This document shows, piece after piece, positions 25,568 through 38,396 of a stretch of DNA of 64,000 bases. Under the pieces are notes generated by a model. That model made no database searches, had not been told where the DNA came from, and was given only the letters and a program-made list of their open reading frames with translations. Within the stretch, counting starts at the first letter, position 1; each line of letters starts with the position of its first letter. The position numbers and the translations under genes were made by a program. Origin of the DNA: Phoronis australis (lineage: Eukaryota; Animalia; Phoronida); the NCBI GenBank assembly GCA_002633005.1, contig NMRA01000390.1, forward strand, positions 298,355-362,354, in the 5' to 3' direction.

Positions 25568-26238
25568 ACTACAGACTGCACCTCTTAGTAGGTGTGGCTT
25601 CATATTTCACTGTGTATATTGGGAGTTTGATAGTTGACGGATTTTCATGCTTTTCTGTTGTGACCTTTTGCCATTTTCCGATAGATTCGACCTATTATAC
25701 GCCAACTGATGGATATTGTAATTATTTTAGTGATATTTTGGCATCTGCTTTGTATCACTCTAAGTAAAGATCATTATGAAAACTGGCCAATGAGTTTCTA
25801 CTGGGAAGTGCATGACTGACGACAGTTTTGAATTGGTCCGACTGTTGTGGGACCTTCTTGTTGTAATTTTAATTTTTGCCTATGGCTCAGTGTGCAAGTT
25901 CCTTGATGGATTTCATGGAATTTGGAAAATATTATTGAGTTCTGTCAGTGGTGCTTGTGGCATTGTCTTTGTTGTTGACAGTGCCGAGTGGCGATGTCAT
26001 GGTCTTTGATTTCACCTTGCATAATGCTGCGTGTCTAGAGTTTCTATTTTATTAGTTGTTTCAAAGGATTTGAAACTACTAGTTGTCTGTCATGACATCA
26101 CACTCTTTATGGTTCTTTTGCGATAGTAAGGTTGTTGAAAGCTTTAGATAAGTTTGAAACTAAGCTAACCTGTCTTGGTGTCTCCATGACCTAGTTGGTT
26201 TTGCTTTTATTTTGGTATTATCAAGCCACAAAGTTTGA

Positions 26239-26454
<216 letters not shown>

Positions 26455-27613
26455 TAATACTCAATAAATGTCATTGAACAGTGAAGGCAAAGCGCGAACA
26501 TACTTTTTGAGACAAAATCCATGAAACAATTGTTAAGTTCTGGGATAAAAAAGGTGACATGTTCTGTGAATCTTTAATCTATTTTCGTGAATGTTCATGA
26601 CTGTAACAATGAACGGTACATTCACTCAAGCACAGGTTAGGTTCCCTTTGTGAAGCGTATAAGCCACTTTACCTGGAACAAGTAGTAAAGCTGGTCACAA
26701 AATGTTACCTGTAGGCCCAATACATGGTATTGTAGCCAGACTTGCAACCACAACGATAGACTTCCATGAATTTCCATGGGGAAGGTTGTAGATTGATCAT
26801 GATTGGCAGTAAGTTCACTGCACTGACTTTTAAGTCACAGTACACTGAAAAAAGTCATTTCAACACCTAACCACTTCTGGGTCTGGAGGGATGGTATAGT
26901 TAGCGTAACTGTATTTGTCTGAAGCCGTCATAGGAGGAAGTGCCCTAGGCTAAACTGACACTGTGTTTGTAGCAACTTCCACGCAGAATCTTTCATACCT
27001 CAGAATTAAAAGTGGCCATTGTACACCCAAACTAGGGATGTTTCTTCCGTAGACTCAATATCAATTTTTTTTATCTAATTGGCTCATGAAAATCTATGCC
27101 GGATTTTGGAAATGACTGTCAGATAGGATCTTTGAGATTGATAGTTTCTTGGCCAAACTGTAATAAACATCATACTGGTGTGACAGCCAATAATGAACTG
27201 TCTTTGCTGCTTGGTTGGACATTGTACCCATCAGGCACTTACTAGTAACATTCTGTTACTGCATGCCATTCTTAAGTGTGATAGCACATGTAGTTTGGGT
27301 AAGAAATCATGTCAAGAACATTCCAACTATCTCTCTAGACCAGGACCAATTTCTAATGTGATTTAGTGATGCAGTATGCCATGTTGGAAACTACTCTCCA
27401 ATGTCAGAATAATTCATGGACTTTTTTGCTGACAAAATTGTTATTACTTGACCAATTTTGAAAATGTTTATTCCTCTGCTACAATTTTATAGTTTCCATT
27501 GGTATTCATGTCCCAAAAAGAGAATGGAAAATATAGTCTGGATGCTTTCAAGCCTTCTACATGTATTTAGATATGATCTTATAAGTAGCAAAAATTACCC
27601 TCACTGTGTGACC

Positions 27614-30009
27614 TACTCTGGAGTTCCAAATAGTTGTAGAGACAGCAATAATAGTATAGACTGGAAAATTTCACGATTTTTAATAATAGTAGAGACTAAT
27701 AATAGTATAAGACCCAACATTTTTGCCACTAGAAAAGTAGAATAATAGTATAGACCGGAAATTTTCGGAAAAACAATAATAGTATAGAATGGAATAATGG
27801 TATAGACGGCAAATTTGTGGAAATCTAAACATAGTATAGACTGGAATAATAATATTGATTATAAATTTAGGTAAAGTCTAATAATGATATAGAAGGGAAC
27901 AATAATGCAAAACAGCAAATTCTAGGGAATAATGGTACAGACGGGAAGTTTGTGGAAAATTAAAAATAGTATAGACTCGAATAATAACATTGATTACAAA
28001 TTTGCGTAAAATCTAGTAACGGAAGATGGAAATAGTAGAAAGTGCAAAATCTAATAATGATATAGATGGGAATAATAGTGCAAAGAAGCAAATTCTGTCT
28101 GACTTGCCACCGCTTTAAGTAATTATTTCAAAGAAAAACTTAAAACTGAACATTAGCATACAGTGTAGTAAAATTATTGCATTGGTGTATCCACCCATGC
28201 CATAACATAGTACAGTGGAATGGAATATTAGTGTCATTGCTAAAACAAAGACCATTAGTTTATTCAATAACTTTAAATGGAAGTCTATATAGACGTGTTT
28301 TAAACAGTATGCTGAATCATTTTACTCAAAAAAGACTGTGACATTCATACTAGAGATGCCAATGTTGACTAAGTCCAAAAACTATAACAAGGAGGTAAAG
28401 ATTTCAGCAGCAACGTCCAGTCTTCCACGAAGCCGACAGTCTGAATAAAGACAATAAAGTGTCTTGGTAAAACGAGTCGCATTTTTATCGTACATTTTCC
28501 TGACAGTCGAGGCTTTTATTTTATTTTATTTTCTTTCAATCTCTTGTCTTGCACAACGTTCACAGTCAATACCCTCCTAATGTTAGTCAGAATTCGATGT
28601 CAAAAAGTCGGTACATCCAAAATTTCACACGGCCAGAAATTGAGATTTCTTACAGAATTGCCCAACATTCGAGTGCACGACCACGACTACGTCCACCATC
28701 TTGAATATCTAATTAGGTATAAACAAACCGATTCACGTGCGTTTTTCCATTTATTTGGACAGGAGAGCATCCAAGTAGAAATCAATTTCAATAGATATCG
28801 ACTGGATTTTCGAACGTTAACAACTATGTCATTTTCAAGATTGTCACAAGTACATTCTTCCTGTTCATAAAATAATCTATTCTCAAGTTTGGAGCGAATT
28901 GTAAAAATCCTGATGTTCGATGGCGATATTGTCAGCAACTTTTTGACTGAAAAGTTTGACACCGTTCATTAATTGTACGGGTATTTGCGCTTCGTGGACT
29001 GGTCGCGTTATCACCGCGGTCCGTATCTGTAGCTTGATTATTTGTCGTACCAACATCTGAATCATTGTCTGTATCTGGAACATCTCTGGGTTTGTAAAAT
29101 AATCCTCGAATTCTTTAGGCCTTTGCACGGCAGACGACATGATTAAGTATGCGGAATGTGCATGTCAATAATGACGGAAACCGCAGATGACACTGGCTGT
29201 GCAAAATTTCGGAATTACTCCCCCCGGAAACGCAAACTTTGGGGACAATCACAGTGAAGAGTTGTAATGGCTTGCCAGTTTTTCACAGGGTGCAATCATA
29301 AATATTGGATCACCCAAAGAAACTCGTTGAAAGCGTTTTTATTCACATGAATGTTGAGCTGCCGGTAACACCGATCTGTGTCACGGGGTGCGCGGAATAT
29401 TGAAAAATGCACTTTTTGAACATTTCTCATTTCTGAAATTACTGATGGCCTATTTTTTTGAGTGGCTGCCAACCAGCCGTTAATATTGAGAGAAGTGGTC
29501 CTCATTTCAAACTTTTTAAATTTTGCCAAAACTTTCTTAATTCTGACCGATCCCGTCAAATCCGTCCAAAATAACATTCTGGCCGTCCAACAGACGGCCG
29601 CTGCGTAAACCCTTGCTTGGGAGACCGACTATTTTACGCTTTGAAACATACAGTTGTATATTTTAGGAAATAAACTCTTTTAATGTGTATGACACGTGAC
29701 TTCCATTTCGTATATAGCTCTTCTAAATTACAACCTCAGAACTGAGAGTCTCGTGGTCTAGAGGTTTAGAGCGAATTAACTTTGTCTTATGACCATGGTA
29801 CGATACCCGGTATCAGCAGCAAATTTTTTGTGTAACAAATTTGTATTGAAGAAACAAAAATTGTGACCTTGCTGAATCAAATAATCGTGGAGAGTGGAAA
29901 AAGGTTAGTAAATTAATAAACGTAGAGACCCGAATAAGCGTCGTATAGAACGGAAAACGAGTCTGAAAAAAATAATCGTATAGATACGGCTATTCAGAAC
30001 TCGAGAGTA
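27614..30009. mobile_element. DNA transposon with TA-flanked imperfect TIRs, subterminal AATAAT(A/C)GTATAGA arrays and decayed internal ORFs
   Basis: TACTCTGGAGTTCCAAATAG at left vs reverse complement TACTCTCGAGTTCTGAATAG at right; tandem subterminal motifs at 27645-28080 and 29880-29990. Confidence 0.7.
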
Positions 30010-30848
30010 GGTGAATAAAGTCACTCTATTGATAACTATCCCCCTATTGTGATTGGAATGTGGATAGAACTGGTATGGGTGACCAGTTAAATTCAAAAGA
30101 TTTCTCCCAATGTGTCCTTATCTCCTGTAAATTGGATGTTTACAGCTTTTTATCAAGCTCATTGAACAAGTCTAAAAGTGAGTTTCACAACCAGGAAAGG
30201 ATATCCATGGGCCAATTGAGATGACATCATCTCTGTAGGTGAATCAACCCTAGTTTGGTTGTTGTTTGGTAACCTTCACTTTAGTATATCAGTGTCGTCA
30301 TAGATTATAGACAACAGATTCGCAACTCCTTCATTTTCTTACATGCTAGCCAAGAGGCGCCGCCACTCTCCTCACCTTTCTGGTGCAGTTTCCGGTTAGT
30401 GTATTTTGACGAGAAATATTTGCATCTACATTACAGTCCAGTACAACGAAAAAAATATTAATTTCGACATTGAAACGCTGTTCAAAGTCTTTCAATAGTA
30501 GAAGTGTTGGTATCGTGAGTACTTTTGGCAATGCTGCTGGTAATTAATTACAAAATTCAAACTTCGGTGCTGACTGATTATGTCGTCTGCTTGCCCAATA
30601 GCATAGCAGCATTTGATAGTGATTTATGGTTCACGTAGGCCTACTGAGAAAACTACGAAAGCATGTTTGTGCACAAGTTCCAAGGAGTATCCTGTGAATG
30701 CAAAAGACATATAACGTTTTTGGTTTAGAAAAATATCAATTTTGTTTGAATTAAAAAATGCGCCTCTGCAACAATTTGACTATTTTAACCTTTGCATGTT
30801 TATAATTCAACATTCTCAAGTGAGCAGTTCTTCTGGGAAGTGTTGAGT

Positions 30849-30905
30849 GGCCCTTAAAAGGGCCATTGGTTGTAGGTATAGCGTGAAATGGTTCTTAAAA
30901 GAACC
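30849..30905 (-). other. Two tandem histone-mRNA-type 3' stem-loops (GGTTCT-TTTA-AGAACC 30890-30905; GGCCCT-TTTA-AGGGCC 30849-30864)
   Basis: 6-bp stem/4-nt UYUN loop consensus with AAC/CCAAT 5' flanks; ACTCA and a purine-rich CAGAAGAA follow the distal loop. Confidence 0.7.
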
Positions 30906-30915
30906 GTTGAATAAT

Positions 30916-31248
30916 TCAACATAAATCACACAGTATACCATGCTCACTCAAGTACTGAAGGTCCTCTTCATTCAAGTTTTCATCTGGGAATGTTGGATGA
31001 AAACAGAGGAGATGACAACATCGATGACAGTTGTAACACCTTATATAATTGTTAATGTTCTCCAACATTGTCACGAACCCAGCCTCTTTCAGTTCTTATT
31101 CCTGGATTCAGAAGTAACCCTGAACCATAGTGAAAAAAGACATACACCGAAAACGAATCAAATTTTGAAAATAATCGCCTTCGTACGATTCCGTGTTGCT
31201 GTCACCAGACTGATGTTCCTCCCCAACATCAATGTCGAAAATTGACAT
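30916..31248 (-). pseudogene. Intronless 110-codon PHD-finger-like ORF with two in-frame stops, antisense in HINT intron 3
   Basis: MSIFDIDVGEEHQSGDSNTESYEGDYFQNLIRFRCMSFFTMVQGYF*IQE*ELKEAGFVTMLENINNYIRCYNCHRCCHLLCFHPTFPDENLNEEDLQYLSEHGILCDLC*; CxxC-x4-H-xxC...CxxC pattern. Confidence 0.6.
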
Positions 31249-32273
31249 TACAAGTGATGGAAAGTTGTGTCCTTTGTTTCTAACTTTTAACCCATTTTTA
31301 AGAAAGGAGTGTAGTGATTTTGTCTAACGTTGATAGAGCATAACTTTTGGTTTTTACAATGCATTAATTTTGTTGAATGCATTCATATTAGGTGGCTTCA
31401 TTCAGTTGAACAGAAAATAAATTAAATGTAACACAATAAAGTTTTGAAAATAAATAGAACAGTAACAGGACTCCCTAAAAATCGAGCTGTTTTCGAAAAC
31501 TTTGCGCCATTGGTAATCTGATTGGTTCATGCATTTATGGTGGGAAAATAATAGACCAAGTATTCTGCACGTGTGCACTGTAGCAACACTTTGCATCTTA
31601 TTCTTAGTTGACCAATCTGTTGATACAGTAAATTTCCTTATTTATGCCCATCCTGATTTGACCACAACTTGAGTTTGTTGGGTTCTATCATATATTGGGT
31701 TGGCATAGGGACTCACATGGTGCTTACTCGAATGGGCTTCATTTTACCAACTATTTCAAATTGAGGTGAAGTAAATAAACAAAGTGGGTGATTATCAACA
31801 CTGGAATTTCGTCATTATTATCTTTTGCCGGGTGCTCAAATTTTCTGAGACTAAGGTAGAAGGTAAGGTAAGGTAGAAGTGTTTCGTTGGACTTCCAGGT
31901 CTGTGGCGTTATTTATACCGGACCAAAATTAAAAAACGAGACCTTTGTTTAAATCATTAGCTGCATGATACACGTTTTATTAGACGTGTGCAGGCAGTGC
32001 ATGTGGGCCCATTGCACTGATCACTTGGAATGGAACCATTTTTATGGTTTATCAATATACAGTTAAACCGAGCTGAGAAGTTTGAAACCTGATTCACGTC
32101 AATTTTTGGCATTTTGGCAGTGGGATTTTCTGAAAAATGCTCGTAAGTTAACAACAAAGTTTGATATCGATGCACTGCAGTTTTGTAGAAACTGTCACAT
32201 TTTACAGATGCGTCACAGAGCGCAAATTTGATGAATTCTAGCTTACGATTTCACCTGTTTCGGAGACCGGGTT

Positions 32274-32432
32274 CAGGGGCGGATCCAGGATTTTTAGTTA
32301 GGGGGGGGNACGGCAGTATATTGTCCAGAATTTTGGCCGTCAGACATTCGCACCCCCAAATTGCCAAATGGAATCTGGGGGAATTTTAGGGGAGGCCATG
32401 GCCCTCTTGGCTCCCATCTAAATCTGACACTG
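32274..32432. mobile_element. Short MITE (CAGGGGCGGATCC...ATCTGACACTG) with 5-bp TSD GGGTT
   Basis: Imperfect TIR, flanking GGGTT duplicates, internal G-run. Confidence 0.6.
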
Positions 32433-34669
32433 GGGTTTCAACCACTTTTGGGCTATAATAAGCGCCTCCCCTTCCTGAAGTGGATTTTTCTAAGCACCCT
32501 GGCTGCTTATTGGGGCGAATATGGTAATATTTCAGAAGGACAATACTTAGTATCTGTTTTGCAGGGGACCCTTTTGTTACTTAAGGAGTGGGATTGGTTC
32601 ATTATGTACCCTACAGGTGGCATAGGACTTTACAAAACTGGTTGAGGAATTTCATAAATGTTCGTTTGAAAGGATTGTGTTTGGAATTGTTAGGACTTAA
32701 GGCGGAATTTTAAAAAACCATGTCCGCTTACAAAAAAATTAACATTGAAGAATAAAAACAACCTTTACACCCCTCTGGTGTTCCTGTTCCATGTTTTCAA
32801 AGAAGTTGGTTGCATTTTCATAGACTGCAGTCGAGAGATTTTGTGCGGCATATATTCGACATGAAATGAGTGTGTAACCTACTGTTGAATTGCGAGATAG
32901 ATTTCGGGAAGGCAAATTGGTTATTTCTGAGCTACTGTTGTGATCTTTATTAATGTTAAAGGTTTTACCAGCATTCAATTTATTTGTACACGGATTTATA
33001 AATCGTGTAAGTCGGTGATCCATATCCCGATGAAATGTGCGCATTCTGCTGCAAGATAGTAACCGCCTGATTAGGGCCAGCCAAGGTGATTAATTTGGTT
33101 AATTCGCACACTAAACTATGGCTGAAGCTCCTAGTAAGGACAGGAGTTCGTGAATCACTATCTTTTGATAGGTTTTTCTCCCACAGCTGATTATGGAGTC
33201 TCCGTACGCTATGGAAACTTGTCCTTTGCATTTTGCCTGTGTGGCCGAAAACCCAGCCACACAGCAACCGACCATGATTAGCAGATGACGTACTTGCCGG
33301 AAATGACACCAGATAATTTAGCCAGGTGTCGCCAGTGAATAATGACGTAAGGGCTTGTGCGAAACAGCACATATTTCGTCCATTGAAAGTATTCGGAGTT
33401 GGCGGTCCATGTACTAACTATAAAGGTCATGCAAGACTTCACAGGGTGTCGCCTGGTGGCTGGTGTGCATTACGTAGAGACGAGAACCACACAAGGTCAG
33501 GCAAGACCTCACAGGCCCTCGCCATTTATTGCATTCAAAGTACATGATCACACTTTTTTTGGCTTTCTTTGTGAGATTCTTGGGTCTACAGAACTCGACT
33601 TTGATATGTAGCACAATACGGTTGTAGAGAAAATTTGTGAAGTTTCACAATGTCACTAGGAGTATAAGTTTCAGTTTATTATTACGTTATGATATGTATT
33701 GTACATGTATATATGTATCGCAGAATGTATATAATTATATATGACCAGTTAAATGTATATATATCATGGGCGGCCCCCACTTTTTTAAGTTCTACGCTGC
33801 ACATGGTCTATAGGCAGTGCACCACGGGGGGGCTGAGGGGGCTTTAGCCCCCCCTTTTTTCAGTGCTGCACTGCCCATGTATTTACTAAAACTGCATCAT
33901 TTAAGTCTTGCATTAGCTAACTCAGTGTTTGCTACAACAAATTGATGCTTTATGTTCTGAATATTAATTCTTGTGTGATATTTTCTCATTTCTAAATCTA
34001 CCATAATCATGTGTACCACCTCATCTAACTCCTTATGTTATTTAAGTATTGCGTTAATGTTCAGAGAGACTCTGTATTATCACAGCTGAAGTCTGGCATC
34101 TGGGAATGTGTTTGGCCAATTGTATTCCTACCTAATAAAAATGTGTTTCACTAAATTTGGTTTTATTAGATTTTGATATGTTGTAGAACAGTTCAAGAGC
34201 TTTCATTTTAATATATATAATTTATTACTGTTGGTTTGAACATTTCCTTATATCACCTACACTGTTGAGCGCCTCCGGTATCAGAATGGAGAAACTATTC
34301 AGTGTCGAGACTGATTAATTCTCTGGTATTCAAGGTTTACTGGACATTATATGGCCAGTGATCTACTTTTATGCACTGGACCCAATACAAAGACAGTGCA
34401 TATGAGATCATTAAATCAACCGGTTTGGGCAGACATTATTGGTAGGAGGTCATGGTTGAGTTTCGTAGATGCAACAATCTGACGGAGGAAGCTAGTGTGA
34501 TCGTATGCTTTGCTTGTAATACATGGCGATATATTGCAAATCTTTCGGGGTTCTCGTGTCTATGGAAGGCATACCTGGTGGTGTGCTTGATGGACCATGA
34601 CATAGTATGTTGCGGCCATTGATTGTCTTGTGTTGCCATTGTCATTGTGTTCTGATCATGTTGTTTCAG

Positions 34670-34742
34670 TTGTTGGGCCACTTGATGGATGTGGTCAGAA
34701 AAGTGGCCATCCAAAAAAAACTGGACAATGGTTACAGAGTAG
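34670..34742 (+). CDS. HINT2: HINT2-like exon 4
   Basis: LLGHLMDVVRKVAIQKKLDNGYRV; TTTCAG acceptor, GTGAGC donor; phase 0 to 1. Confidence 0.92.
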
Positions 34743-35093
34743 GTGAGCAACTACATTGTGTAGCAGACTTAGGACAACACCTGATATCAGACCATGTCCA
34801 CCGTTTTGTCAGCAAGAAACTTAGGGTTTTAGAAATATTTTTATGTCTTTCCTTGTTCTATGTCAAACCCATGAATAATCATTTGCAAATTTCTTACATA
34901 TTTAGTTATTTTGTTTTTAGCTAGGTTATAATCATAGTGATGTGGCAAATGTCACAAAACTTGCAGGAGTGTCTTGTAGAATCATTTCACCCAACACATA
35001 GTAGCAGTCAGTGATGGGCACAAGCATTGATTCAACCACACAAGCCATTGAATCCATTGATGGAGCTCAATCACAGCCACATGACACATATTA

Positions 35094-35529
35094 GGGCGTT
35101 TTCCCATTGCTCCCAACTCCCCCGGCTTTCTTTTGTTCGATACTTGCTCTAATCTCCAGTAAGATCAAATCTACACTAACTGGGTTGTGCTGCTAAAATA
35201 AAAGTTAAGTTAAAATATTTTTTAACATAAACCAATAGCATTTCTGAAATTCTCATCAAATGGTGATCATGTTTAGTTTTTGAATTGCCAAAATTGCCCA
35301 ACTACAAACTGAAGTTACGACAATTGATTCTTTCCGAATGTACCAATTTTCTCTGGGTTTGACTGTGTTCACACGTGGTCTATAATAAGCCTGGTGGATA
35401 ACTGGCCTGCCAGTTGTCATACCAGACAAAAGACTGTGCTTGGCAGTTAACAAAGGAGCTAGAGGTTATCACACACTCACAACCCTCTACCTCTGGTAAA
35501 GTCACTGAATTGAACATGAACAAACACCC
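35094..35529 (-). mobile_element. PIF/Harbinger-like MITE, inverted homologue of 60901-61395
   Basis: Reverse-complement similarity to 60901-61395; GGGCGTTTTCCC terminus. Confidence 0.65.
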
Positions 35530-35707
35530 TGTTTTGGAAGTGTAAACTCATGTGCATCGAGTAACACATCTTTACTGTGAGCACTGAATCATTTCCTCGC
35601 ACCAGTCATATCAATTAAAGAATGTAGTTTGTAGGCTGGTATGATTCAGTGGCTTGTGCGGATGATTCGATTCATGATGCTGGTGTTTGTGACTGGTGTT
35701 TAACTAA

Positions 35708-35833
<126 letters not shown>

Positions 35834-35942
35834 TACATCACCTACAACTGAGAGAGTACTATGGTACTGGACACGTTTAGTGACTCACTAGCTTGAACTC
35901 CTGGCATTCATCATAAGTGCTGTGTGTTTGAATGATTGATAA

Positions 35943-35948
35943 AATAAA
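35943..35948 (+). terminator. Polyadenylation signal AATAAA of the HINT gene
   Basis: 110 nt after the stop codon, followed by GT-rich sequence. Confidence 0.6.
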
Positions 35949-36103
35949 ACACTTATTTGGAATGAACATGTTGTGGGGTTCTTTTGAAGTTACTAAAGTG
36001 CATCAAAAAGCAATCTAAATGTCATCAAGATATGAAATTGATGCCAAATATACATGTTTTGTATTCTTGAGTAAGTTTGAAAGAGCGCTTAAAACACCAT
36101 CCA

Positions 36104-38396
36104 TTTTTATGCGTCCACATATTTATATGTGGTCGCATATTCCCCTCATCTCTGTCTAGGCATCTGGCGTTCACAGCTGTATCTTCTCCTAAACCCTTCA
36201 CAGAATCTTGATGAGATTTGGCTGTTATGTTCCTTCAGTATGAAGCTGAGGACGGACGATGACGAATTTCAAACCTCTCCAGCTACGGGTGTGCCCCCTA
36301 GTGACAATTTTAGTTTTTATGCGCCCACATATTTATATGTGGACGAATTGTGCCGTCATCTCTGTAACGCCTCCTTCGGGCGTCCGTCCGGCGTCCGCTG
36401 CTCTATCTCCAAAACGCCTTGACATATGTTCATGAAATTTTGCAGGTGTTTCTTTCGTGGATGGGACAGCATGAGCGAACTTTCAGACAGATCAGACTGC
36501 CGGTGTGCCCCCTAGTGGCAATTTTAGTTTTTTACGTTTACCTCTTTATCTTCATAAGTCCTGAACGGATTTTCATAAAATTTGTTATGTAGGCACCTAT
36601 TAGTAAGGTGACACTATCCTACCATTTTCAGATGGATTTGACATAGTTTGCGCCACCTAGTGGCCATTTTTACTGTTTTCGAGTCTGTTTTTTGCGTCCA
36701 GCCCTCTATCAACCAAACCACTCAAAGGATGATTGTGAAAATTTGCATATATTGTTACTATGAAGTAGACGGCTGACGATGATTTTCCCACGACTTCGAC
36801 TACTGTGGCAGTTTTTTTTTGCGCATATGGCTGTATCCCCTAAACGGTTCGCAGGATCTTTACTAAATGTAGTAAGTGTATTTATGTGATGTTAACAACG
36901 ACAGACGACGCCTTTCAGACGGATCTGACTACTCGGGTGTGCCACCTACTGGCAATTTTATTTTTTTACGTTTACCTCATGACATTCAAAGGTCCTAAAC
37001 GTATTTTCATAAAATTTGGCATACAGGTATCTGTTAATGAGGTGACGCTATCTCTCCATTTTCAGATGGATTCGACCTAGTTTGCGCCACCTAGTGGCCA
37101 TTTTTACTGTTTTCGAGTCTAGTTTTTGGTGTCCACTCGTCTATCAACCAAACCGCTTGTGAAAATTGTATGTTTTTACTGTGAACAAGTGGATGGCTGA
37201 CGACGATTTTCCGACGAGTTCGACTATTGTGGCGCCTCCTAGTGGCAGTTTTGTTTGTTGTTGCGCCCATGGCTGTATCTCCTAAACCCCTCACAGGATC
37301 TTGTTGAGATTTGACAGATGTGTTCCCATGAAGCTGACGACAGATGACAATGATTTTCGGACCTCTCGACTACTGGTGTGCCCCCTAGTGGCAATTTTAA
37401 TTTTTTACCCTTACCTCTGCAGATTTGGAGGTCCCCTACGAATTTACATAAAATTTGGGCATTATAGGCATCTCTTAGCCCGAGATGATGCCATCCTCAC
37501 GTTTTTGGACAGATTCGAGGTACCTTGCGTCACCTAGTGGCCATTTTTACTGTTTTCGAGTCTGTTTTTTGGCGTCCGCCGTTCTATCAACCAACCCGCT
37601 CTAAAGGGATGATTTTGAAAATTGGCATAGATGTTCTTACTGTGAAGACTGCGGCTCAAGATGATTTTCCGATGGCTTGAACTACCATGGCGCATCATAG
37701 TGGCGGTTTTGTTTGTTTGTTTTTGCGCCCATGGCTGTATCTCCTAAATGCTCTACAGGATCTTTATTGAATTTAACTGGTGTATTAATTTTATACAAAA
37801 GAGGACGACGACTTTCGTATAGATCGGGTTACTGGTGGCCCCCAATTTTATTTTTTTTTTTACTTTTACCTCTTTATCTTAAAAGATCGTCAATGGATTT
37901 TCATATAATTTGGCAGTCATGCATCTATTAGTGAGGTGACGCTGTCATCCGGTTTTTGGTAAAATTTGAGGCTTTTGCGCCACCTTGTGGCCATTTTTGC
38001 TGTTTTCGAGTCTTTTATTTGGCGTGTGCCCCTTTGTCAACCAAACCATTCTAAGGATGGTTGTGAAATTGGAATGTATGTTCCTAATGTAAAGCGAAAG
38101 TTTGATTATGATTTTCCGATGACTTTATCTGCTTTGGCGCCTCGTAGTGGCAGTTATGTTTTTGCGCTAGCCTCTTAGTGACAATTTCATTTTTTTGTTT
38201 TCCTCTGTTTTCTCAGATATTCCTTGACGGATTTTTATGAAATTTTTAAATAGCTTTGATGACACTTGACGTTTTCGGATGTATTCGACATATTTTGCGC
38301 CGTCTAGTTGGCATTTTTGTTTTCCAAATCGTACCCCTAGAGCACCGTTAACGGTGCATTCGTGGGCGCATTTCAACGCTCCGCGTTGCTCTTGTT
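36104..38396 (+). mobile_element. Helentron-associated (HINE-like) element, ~2.3 kb, with tandem CTCF-like motif array
   Basis: TTTTTATGCG(T/C)CCACATATTTATATGTGG 5' ends (36104, 36314), CGTCCGTCCGGCGTCCG tract, 3' GTGGGCGCAT plus CAACGC-TCC-GCGTTG hairpin plus CTCTTGTT. Confidence 0.75.

Noticed and set aside
30849-30905. A histone gene upstream of the stem-loops
   Set aside because: No histone-fold or Lys/Arg-rich tail sequence in any nearby frame
30940-31245. Plus-strand 101-aa ORF
   Set aside because: Antisense shadow of the minus-strand PHD-like frame; no recognisable motif
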